Shown: in pieces, positions 46,363 to 53,806 of the stretch | Layout: each line of letters opens with the position of its first letter | Position numbering within the stretch: position 1 is the first letter of the stretch | DNA from: a virus | Lineage: Duplodnaviria > Caudoviricetes | Reading direction: 5' to 3' (one strand) | Virus record (IMG/VR): IMGVR_UViG_3300044617_002031 | Coordinates: 1-62,493 of that record | DNA: 62,493 nt | Notes under the pieces: model-generated | Told to the model about the DNA's origin: nothing | What the model saw: only the letters and a program-made list of their open reading frames with translations | Database searches by the model: none | Program-made: the position numbers and the translations under genes

Positions 46363-48684
46363 ATGCAAAATAATACCGAACTGTTGTGTTTGATTTTGGA
46401 ATTTCAGTCTCGAAGCTTGATTGTACAAGGATTGTTACAAGCGGAAGCTGCTAAAGAGTACAAGGCGGATTGGCTAAAAAATGCTGATACCGTTGTCAGG
46501 GACAGGGGTGGGAAGTTCGCTAAAAAAGGAATGTCCATCGCTCAACCAATTCAAGATGCAACTGCTATTTTAAAGCAAGGGTTTGATCTAACGGGTGATA
46601 CGATTCAATCTCTAGTCAAAGATCCTGAGTTCAGAAAGAGGGCGGGACTTGCTGCGGGTTTGCCTATGGCGAAACTGATTTCTAATTTGGCAACCCAAGC
46701 CAGATTGAATCCTAAATTAACCGAGAAATTGGATGAATGGATTGCCAATGCCACCAAAGAATTTGCCGATCAATATGGCGATGATAAAAACCCGATGGCA
46801 CAGGCAATTCGTAACAATAAGTTAGCACAACCCCCCAAAGATGCTAGTTTCAACGAAAAGATGGAATTTAGGGTTGCTCAATATACTGCATATCAGGAGG
46901 CATTAAAAAATCCCGAAGATTTCAGTAAGCGCGATGAAATTATAGGGAAAGCCGCTGCTGCTGCGATTCCTATTGGTGTCAGTTTGGCAATTGCATTAGG
47001 GTTTGAAGTTGCTATTCCCCTGTTTTTAGCGCAAAGTGTGAACTGGGCCACTGTATTAAGTTCTGTTGCACTTGGGGAAGCTGCTGATTTTGCTGTACAA
47101 AAGGGCATGGATAAATTAGAAATTAATAATCCGGCACTTCGTATTGGAGCCAGTATGGTTGCTGGGATTTTAGCGGGGGGACTGGTTACAGGTGTTAATA
47201 ATAAAATCAAGAATATTGAACGACTGGAAGTTGAGCGATTAGCAAATGAAGAAGCTAAACGGTTGGCCGATGAAGAAGCCGAGCGATTAACTAAAGAGAG
47301 GGTGGAGAAACTAGCTAAAGAGAAAATTGAACATGAATCCAAAAAAGAATATGAGAGATTGATCAAAGAAGAATCCGATCGAATAGAAAAAGAGTATGAA
47401 GAATTGTTCAAGAAAAAAGTACCTACTCCAAAAAGCACTCAAGAATTACTTGAGGATAAAGCCGAGCGATTAGCTAAATTACAAAAACCATCATTATCGG
47501 TTCAAAAGGTATTGAATGATATGGGTTTAGATTTTCCAGAAATCTTAAAGGCTATTCACAACATTAATCACTCTCAAGATGCACGGAATACTTTACTTGT
47601 AGATATAGAAAAAACTCTTGAAAACATACATCAATTACAAAAAGATATAGAATCATTAGATATTTCCGCAGACATTCACAACATACAAAAAGAAAGGTAC
47701 AGAGAATTAATGAAGAATAAAGAGAAATTGTTAGAAAAAAAAGCGCAACTAAGAATTGCAGAAGGAAAAGGGTACTCTCCAGAGAAAAGATTACTCGAAG
47801 CGTCTGAAATCATGGAAAAAGAGGGGATAGATTCACCGCGATACCTGTGGCGTAAAGCTGTGTTACAAGCAGAAGTGAAATATGGTAAGTATTTGGACGA
47901 AATTCAAAATGGAGTAGAAAATGGGTACGCTAAATTAATGAAATCCTTAAAAAAAGATCATAACTATAATGCTGAATGTATTTTTGTTGAAAACGATCCC
48001 GGTACACAAAATATCATGGCTCTTGAATTATCTATAGATGTAAAAAACAGTATTAATGATATAGTGAGTGATTTTCAGGATATAGTTAGTATTCCATTGA
48101 AAATCCATATTGGATCGCGTGATCTTGGTATATATGCGATACAGGGTAAAAGAGCTACGTCAAACATCACCAATCATTATTTTGATAATATAAATATATT
48201 AAAAGATTTTCCTTTTTTAGAAGAAGAAAGTAATGGTTTTGTTCATGTAGGTGGTGTTTTTCGTCGCAATCCTAATGAAGTGTATTATAGTAGTGGTTAC
48301 AATGTCCTCTGCGATCCAGATACCCAGATCAAAGAATCGTTATGGCATGAGATGGGGCATCTTGTTGAGGCAAGTATTTTAAAATCCCAAAAAACAGCGC
48401 AATCTTTTTTGAAAGATAGAGAATCAGAATCTTGGTTAATTGGTGATATAGATGAACTAGAAGAATCTACTTTTTTTAGTGGTAACATCATAAAAGCAAT
48501 TGATCATTTCTTTGATGGTTACATGGGGACTCAGTATATGGATAATGGAAGTAATACAGTATTATTGACGGAGTTGATATCTAGTGGTTTTGAAGGTTTA
48601 TCTTCTCCTTGGATGGCAAAATCTATGACGATTCGAGATAGAGAAAGTTTATTATATGCAATAGCCGTATCGGAGATGAAATAA
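46363..48684 (+). CDS. Cargo family member 8; C-terminal zincin-like metallopeptidase
   Basis: MQNNTELL leader as in member 7; LWHEMGHLVE; downstream Y.G..Y...TELISSGFE supplies a candidate third ligand. Confidence 0.8.
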   Translation: MQNNTELLCLILEFQSRSLIVQGLLQAEAAKEYKADWLKNADTVVRDRGGKFAKKGMSIAQPIQDATAILKQGFDLTGDTIQSLVKDPEFRKRAGLAAGLPMAKLISNLATQARLNPKLTEKLDEWIANATKEFADQYGDDKNPMAQAIRNNKLAQPPKDASFNEKMEFRVAQYTAYQEALKNPEDFSKRDEIIGKAAAAAIPIGVSLAIALGFEVAIPLFLAQSVNWATVLSSVALGEAADFAVQKGMDKLEINNPALRIGASMVAGILAGGLVTGVNNKIKNIERLEVERLANEEAKRLADEEAERLTKERVEKLAKEKIEHESKKEYERLIKEESDRIEKEYEELFKKKVPTPKSTQELLEDKAERLAKLQKPSLSVQKVLNDMGLDFPEILKAIHNINHSQDARNTLLVDIEKTLENIHQLQKDIESLDISADIHNIQKERYRELMKNKEKLLEKKAQLRIAEGKGYSPEKRLLEASEIMEKEGIDSPRYLWRKAVLQAEVKYGKYLDEIQNGVENGYAKLMKSLKKDHNYNAECIFVENDPGTQNIMALELSIDVKNSINDIVSDFQDIVSIPLKIHIGSRDLGIYAIQGKRATSNITNHYFDNINILKDFPFLEEESNGFVHVGGVFRRNPNEVYYSSGYNVLCDPDTQIKESLWHEMGHLVEASILKSQKTAQSFLKDRESESWLIGDIDELEESTFFSGNIIKAIDHFFDGYMGTQYMDNGSNTVLLTELISSGFEGLSSPWMAKSMTIRDRESLLYAIAVSEMK

Positions 48685-48685
48685 C

Positions 48686-49003
48686 ATGGGAATTATTGAA
48701 CTTTATTTTTCTAGTAATTTAATGGCGACGATCAAGTTGTCTGTTATAACTAAAAGTGAACGGAGAGCCATAGAAGTTAAAGTCGAAGAAAATTATAAAT
48801 CAATATTTGAGGTGTTTAAAGAACAATTCCTAAGAACAAATGGATTGTATTTTACTCCATTAGCGGGTGGTATAGGAAGTTGGGATGAATTAATCTATGT
48901 TTTAGATCGATGTTGTGATGATTTTTCACCCGTATCCTATAAGGTTATTGAAGCACCTGTCATACAAGGAAAATCTAGTATTCCAGAAGGGGGGATAAAT
49001 TAA
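48686..49003 (+). CDS. 105-aa protein coupled to the peptidase gene (immunity/partner candidate)
   Basis: Starts 1 bp after the stop; AT-rich like the peptidase domain. Confidence 0.65.
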   Translation: MGIIELYFSSNLMATIKLSVITKSERRAIEVKVEENYKSIFEVFKEQFLRTNGLYFTPLAGGIGSWDELIYVLDRCCDDFSPVSYKVIEAPVIQGKSSIPEGGIN

Positions 49004-49408
49004 ATGACAAGTGCTTGGTTTGATATTGAGGCAATGCGACAAGTTTGCAAAGAACAAGGTAATCTATTAAAACTTTGTCACCGCAAAGTTGTTCAACCTG
49101 CTCAACCGCAATACAATCTACCCGAACAAGTTAATTGGGTCTGTACTCCGGTGACGGGTTATGCTTATCAACAGAAGTTTACCGCGATCGCAACCTCAGT
49201 CGGAAGTGTAGAAAACAACAATTGGAATATCTGCTTAATTCCTGGCCCTGACTTCAATGAGTCAATGATTACCCCTGAAACCATGATTGAATTTCAGGGG
49301 GTAAAGTATTATCTGGAAATGAAGGATATTATTATCAGTCGAGGTCAGAAAATTTTGTACAAATACCTTATCAAAAATGAGGCTCCGACAATTGTTTCGT
49401 TGAAATAA
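49004..49408 (+). CDS. Head-closure/stopper-like protein
   Basis: 134 aa, beta-rich; IEFQGVKY; same operon as the adaptor. Confidence 0.6.
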   Translation: MTSAWFDIEAMRQVCKEQGNLLKLCHRKVVQPAQPQYNLPEQVNWVCTPVTGYAYQQKFTAIATSVGSVENNNWNICLIPGPDFNESMITPETMIEFQGVKYYLEMKDIIISRGQKILYKYLIKNEAPTIVSLK

Positions 49409-49808
49409 AAAAGCGATCGCACTCAATTCAAGAATGCGATCGCTTAATTAACAGTCGAGGTGTGGACAAATTTTATCTTCCGAACAAATTAGGTAAATAT
49501 CTCAAATTCCATGTTATACTTTCCTTGGATTTGGTTCGTGAAGAAAATTTGGTGGAAATAATAGTAGGGGCGATCGCACATTTTAGATATGCGATCGCTT
49601 TTTGTTTTAAAGTCGAGAGAAATTCGTCATTCTTTTTTTGCTGTATGCGATAATAAAAAGAGAGAAGAAACATTAAGTCACCCCAAGACAACTTGGGGTT
49701 TTGTCAATATTCGCTATAAATCAAAACCAAAAAAGGGGTCACTAGGACTCCTTTTTTGGTTATTGAATTGGATCGTGTGGCCGACTCGTTCATTTTACTG
49801 CAAAAACT

Positions 49809-51272
49809 ATGGTTGACAACCCTATAAAGCCAACAAATACTACAACAACTCCTACGCCAAATCAAGCAACGGATGGTAAAAAAGCAGAGGATAAACAACA
49901 AAGTTCTGGGTTGAATGTTGTTCAACAAGTTGCGGAAGTATTTCCTGAATTTAAAGACAATATTGTTAAATATTTTCCTTATATCGCAAAAGAAGCCGCT
50001 CAGAATCAGATGACCAGTGTTAACCATTTGATTGCTATATGTGCAACATTGGTCGCAGAATGTGGGTTCTTCCCCAAAAAAGAAGAAGGGGTAATAGATA
50101 ATGTAACTTACGGCCCAGGTGAGATTGCAGGGAGAGGATTCATTCAGTTAACTTGGACATCAGCTTTTGAAATAGCTAGAGATCAGTTCAAAGTTGATTG
50201 TGTCAATAATCCCGATTTGCTTTTAGAACCTACATTATCAGCCAAAGTCTTTTGCTGGTATTGGTGTGCGTCTCCTAAACCTTCTGCAAGTACCTACGAT
50301 ATGCGCCCTTACGCAGAGAAAGGGGATTGGAATAATGTTAGAAGTATTGTTAACGCTGGGCATCCTGATTTAATTCATGAAGCTACACCTAGTCCTCAAT
50401 TTTTTGAAGCAATCGAACGAGGGAAGGCGGGGTTTAAGTTTGGAATTGACCCTAGTGCTATTCCCCTTCCTGGTACTTATGGTGCTAGTGATTTTGATAC
50501 GGGTGGTGCTGCTCACAAGACGATGATTCAGCAAAATCCGACTTCCCAATTGTCTGCTTTGGAATATGCGTTGGGATTGTATGCGGCAGAAGCTCATAAG
50601 TCGATTCGGGCTGATTTGGTTTTGGATTTGGCGGGGCAACCGGATATCTTGAATTTAGATGCTCAAACTACTTTTAAGATGAAGGGTTTGGGTCAGGATT
50701 TAGATGATACCTATACAGTGGAATCGGTATTATTCATCTTTGGATATACTGCGGAGGCTCATGTAAAGGCTTATAAACCCGATCCTAAAATGGGAACTCC
50801 TCAGATTTTAAAAGGGGATGCCAATAAACCTGATGTTTCACAGGGAACTAATCAAAGACCTGATTTAACGGGGTTGAATCAGAAGATTTATGATGCTGCC
50901 ATTGCAGCCAAGGGACGTTCTTCTGCTGAGGGGCCAAGAGGGATGAATGTTGCCTGTGCTTGGGCTGTTAATTTATTCGTGATTCAAGTTATTGGGCTAC
51001 CTATGTTGGGGGGAGAAGCGGGGATGGCTTCTGTGGTTTCCTGTGTTCAGGATATGGAGGGGGGTCGGGCGCAGAAGGTTCCTAGAGATCAGGCGATCGC
51101 GGGTGATATTTGGGTTGGTTTTGATATGGCACATATTGGAATAATGATGGACAAAACTACTGTTCTATCTAATTCTTCATCGAAAGCATCCTTCACTTGG
51201 GAGGATAATATTGATTCAGTTAATGGTTTTTACGGTGGTTCTGAGCATGGAATTTACCGTTTGAATAAATAA
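49809..51272 (+). CDS. Tail-associated lysin: GH19/lysozyme-like domain, hub-like segment and NlpC/P60-CHAP-like amidase
   Basis: AT..AE...GRGFIQLTW...NPDLLL...A..F.WYW...VN; MKGLG..LDDTYTVESV; ACAWAV...GDI...HIGI. Confidence 0.8.
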   Translation: MVDNPIKPTNTTTTPTPNQATDGKKAEDKQQSSGLNVVQQVAEVFPEFKDNIVKYFPYIAKEAAQNQMTSVNHLIAICATLVAECGFFPKKEEGVIDNVTYGPGEIAGRGFIQLTWTSAFEIARDQFKVDCVNNPDLLLEPTLSAKVFCWYWCASPKPSASTYDMRPYAEKGDWNNVRSIVNAGHPDLIHEATPSPQFFEAIERGKAGFKFGIDPSAIPLPGTYGASDFDTGGAAHKTMIQQNPTSQLSALEYALGLYAAEAHKSIRADLVLDLAGQPDILNLDAQTTFKMKGLGQDLDDTYTVESVLFIFGYTAEAHVKAYKPDPKMGTPQILKGDANKPDVSQGTNQRPDLTGLNQKIYDAAIAAKGRSSAEGPRGMNVACAWAVNLFVIQVIGLPMLGGEAGMASVVSCVQDMEGGRAQKVPRDQAIAGDIWVGFDMAHIGIMMDKTTVLSNSSSKASFTWEDNIDSVNGFYGGSEHGIYRLNK

Positions 51273-51307
51273 AAAAAGACCCGCTAAATTATAGCGGGTC
51301 TGTCTTT
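51272..51307. terminator. Bidirectional terminator
   Basis: agacccgcta-aat-tagcgggtct type hairpin between convergent genes. Confidence 0.8.
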
Positions 51308-51322
51308 TCGATCTCTTTTTAT

Positions 51323-51628
51323 TTACTCATTTTCTTCAGCAAAATTTTCTTCGACAATATCGACCATATAGTCAATATCACCATTAAGTTCGTTTAGCGA
51401 ACAACAAATATCATACGCCAAACGAAACGTTCTGGAAAAATGTTTTCGGAGATCGTCATCATCATCGTCATCATCATCGTCATCATCATCATCATCATTC
51501 AACCCTGAAAATACTATGCAGTCTTCAATACTCTCTTGAATTTTTCGTACCTGGGAAATAATATCAGGTATACTTTTCTGTAGTTTTAGAATTTCAGAAA
51601 TGTCTTCTTGATAGACTTTTTTTGTCAT
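51323..51628 (-). CDS. Small highly acidic protein with poly-Asp tract
   Basis: 101 aa; about 15 consecutive Asp codons at 51452-51496. Confidence 0.75.
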   Translation of the reverse strand: MTKKVYQEDISEILKLQKSIPDIISQVRKIQESIEDCIVFSGLNDDDDDDDDDDDDDDDLRKHFSRTFRLAYDICCSLNELNGDIDYMVDIVEENFAEENE

Positions 51629-51642
51629 TTGATTTGTTTTAA

Positions 51643-51683
51643 CTCAACTATAGAATTTTACTATTAATAACATTAAAAGTCAA
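51643..51683 (-). promoter_or_regulatory. Sigma70-type promoter with GTTGAG at predicted +1
   Basis: TTGACT-17-TAAAAT-6-GTTGAG. Confidence 0.8.
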
Positions 51684-51720
51684 CAGTTTTTAATCAATAA
51701 ATAATTAGCATTAAAAAACA

Positions 51721-51781
51721 TTGATTTATTTAATAAAAATGTGATAAAATACTTGACTTTTATGTGAGAATTTGATATATT
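51721..51781 (+). promoter_or_regulatory. Tandem sigma70 promoters
   Basis: TTGATT-18-TAAAAT and TTGACT-17-TATATT with extended TG. Confidence 0.65.
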
Positions 51782-51865
51782 AATGATATAGGAAAAGGAT
51801 AAATCCCTACAAAAATTTATTACTTCCTAATCAACAAATAATTAACAATAAGGAGAAATCCACAA

Positions 51866-52987
51866 ATGTTTAAATCAATTATCTCGAAGTTTCAAGACTT
51901 CGGTAAAGCAGTTGTCACCAAAATCGTTGGATTCATCGGTGGCGTGTTTGGAATCAAACCACAAATCGTGGAAATCCCAGCACCCCCTGAAATCTCTGAC
52001 GTACAAGCTAACAACAGCCCCGAAGTTTCTGAACCCAAAGAAGGCTTAATCAAAAAAGCCTGTACGACCGTCAAAAAAGCCGCATCTGCGGCAATAAAAA
52101 CGGCGCAAACCATCTTAAAAGTGATGGCACAAACTACTTATGTAGTGGTTCGCTACGGAACCCCGATCATTGCCTATTCCGCAGCATGGAATTACGTCCA
52201 AGCACAAGGAATTACCGCAATTTTCATGGGCTTATGGAATATGGGAACCCTCCCATACTTCATTCTCTGTATGGCAATTGTGATTGGGATTTTTGCAACG
52301 ATGACCATAGCAGAAATGCTGTGGAGCGCACTGCTTAACCCAATCCGTCGCTTCTTATTCCGTCCCGCACAAAAAACACAACCTGCAAAACAACCTGTAG
52401 AACAAAAAAAAGAAAGCATCACCACAAATGAAGCAATCACCATTATCTCTACGGTTGTCGCGCAACAATTCTCACAAGAGATTAAAAGTGTGAGTGATCG
52501 TTTAACCAACTTAGAAGCGATCGCAACACCTGAAGCGATTGTTGCCCCCGCAGCGATCGCAATCCCTACACCAGTTACAACAACTGAAATAGAAGTAGTT
52601 GTACCAACTGCGGTTGATTCTAGTCCCGCAGCGATCACAACACCCACATCAGTTACAACAACTGAAACAGAAGTTGTAACAGTCGAAATCAAAGAAGTTT
52701 TAGAAGTGGTTGAAAAAGCAGTTGATTCTAGTCCTGCTATAGATCACCCATTAACAAAACTCTTTGTCTTAGACGAAGAAAAGCTAATTGAAGAATTAGC
52801 AAAAACCAACATGGAAGATTTAAAGAAAATCATTGCATTTTTAAATTCCCATGTTAAAGCTCCTAAAAAAATCGGGAGCCACGTTCCCCAAAAGACCCCG
52901 AAAGGGGAAGGGAAAAACATCTTAATCAGCCGAATCAAACGGCAGATTCAAGAGATTCGGGCTAAAAACCAAGTGGTTACAGCCTAA
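51866..52987 (+). CDS. Membrane protein with Pro/Thr-rich repeats
   Basis: AAGGAG RBS; 1-2 TM helices; PAAI..PT.VTTTE.EVV occurs twice. Confidence 0.75.
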   Translation: MFKSIISKFQDFGKAVVTKIVGFIGGVFGIKPQIVEIPAPPEISDVQANNSPEVSEPKEGLIKKACTTVKKAASAAIKTAQTILKVMAQTTYVVVRYGTPIIAYSAAWNYVQAQGITAIFMGLWNMGTLPYFILCMAIVIGIFATMTIAEMLWSALLNPIRRFLFRPAQKTQPAKQPVEQKKESITTNEAITIISTVVAQQFSQEIKSVSDRLTNLEAIATPEAIVAPAAIAIPTPVTTTEIEVVVPTAVDSSPAAITTPTSVTTTETEVVTVEIKEVLEVVEKAVDSSPAIDHPLTKLFVLDEEKLIEELAKTNMEDLKKIIAFLNSHVKAPKKIGSHVPQKTPKGEGKNILISRIKRQIQEIRAKNQVVTA

Positions 52988-53055
52988 AACAAATCCTGGT
53001 AATCCCTCGATTGCCAGGTACACCGCAAAATGCAAACCAATCAGGAGAAAAAACA

Positions 53056-53205
53056 ATGTTTTTAGCAGCAATGTTTGGAGCTATCGTAGCTGTGGCTTTC
53101 GAGCCAGAAATCAAGATCATCAAAATGATCTGTGTATTTACGATAGAAAAAATCGCTGAAAAAATATTCAACAAGAAACAAAAACGTTGGGCTATTGATA
53201 TCTAA
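53056..53205 (+). CDS. 49-aa hydrophobic peptide
   Basis: AGGAG RBS; MFLAAMFGAIVAVAF... Confidence 0.65.
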   Translation: MFLAAMFGAIVAVAFEPEIKIIKMICVFTIEKIAEKIFNKKQKRWAIDI

Positions 53206-53220
53206 CATTGATATCTAACG

Positions 53221-53307
53221 ATGCAAGCCCTGATGTTTCTTGGTAACATCCTCGCCTTCGTAGGCTTGGTTGTTATCGGAGCGATCGCATACAACGCGAC
53301 TCGCTAA
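53221..53307 (+). CDS. 28-aa single-TM peptide
   Basis: MQALMFLGNILAFVGLVVIGAIAYNATR; no clear RBS. Confidence 0.45.
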   Translation: MQALMFLGNILAFVGLVVIGAIAYNATR

Positions 53308-53370
53308 ATCAAAAAAATCCTGGTAGCCCCTCGGTTGCCAGGTACATCACAAATCAAGAAGGAGAAAACA

Positions 53371-53499
53371 ATGTTCTGGACAATCGTTGGAGCAACAATT
53401 CTAAGCCTACTAATCACAGACATCGTGATAGGCTTCACGGAAGGTTTCATAGAAGGTTTTACAAAAACCATTAAAGAGGCAAAAACAAAATGTTTCTAA
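53371..53499 (+). CDS. 42-aa hydrophobic peptide
   Basis: AAGGAG RBS; MFWTIVGATILSLLITDIVIGFTEGFIEGF... Confidence 0.65.
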   Translation: MFWTIVGATILSLLITDIVIGFTEGFIEGFTKTIKEAKTKCF

Positions 53500-53579
53500 C
53501 AGCACTTTTCGGAATAACGGTTGGCGTAGTCATTTACCGCGCAATCAACATAATTCTCACTCTGATATTCACCAAATAA
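53490..53579 (+). CDS. 29-aa single-TM peptide
   Basis: GAGG RBS; MFLTALFGITVGVVIYRAINIILTLIFTK. Confidence 0.6.
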   Translation: MFLTALFGITVGVVIYRAINIILTLIFTK

Positions 53580-53590
53580 GGACAAACATC

Positions 53591-53716
53591 ATGTTAACAG
53601 TAGCATTCATTTTTGCATTATCAGTTTTACAGGGAGTAGGGTTCGCTATCGGAATGATAGCAGGAGCATATAGCTTACTCGCAACCGCGTCTCTGTTCGT
53701 CAAGAAAAGCAAATAA
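53591..53716 (+). CDS. 41-aa hydrophobic peptide
   Basis: AAGGA RBS; MLTVAFIFALSVLQGVGFAIGMIAGAYSLLATASLFVKKSK. Confidence 0.65.
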   Translation: MLTVAFIFALSVLQGVGFAIGMIAGAYSLLATASLFVKKSK

Positions 53717-53721
53717 ACCTT

Positions 53722-53768
53722 AAAAAACCCCACTTAGCCAAAGCGCAACCCGGCTAGGTGGGGTTTTT
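53722..53768. terminator. Bidirectional terminator
   Basis: aaaaaccccac.tagcc...ggcta.gtggggttttt between convergent units. Confidence 0.8.
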
Positions 53769-53786
53769 GTTTGTCTAAAATTTCCC

Positions 53787-53800
53787 TCCGTACCTACGGA
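53787..53800. promoter_or_regulatory. Palindrome TCCGTA-CC-TACGGA, copy 3
   Basis: 6 bp past the tape measure stop codon. Confidence 0.6.
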
Positions 53801-53806
53801 ATATTT

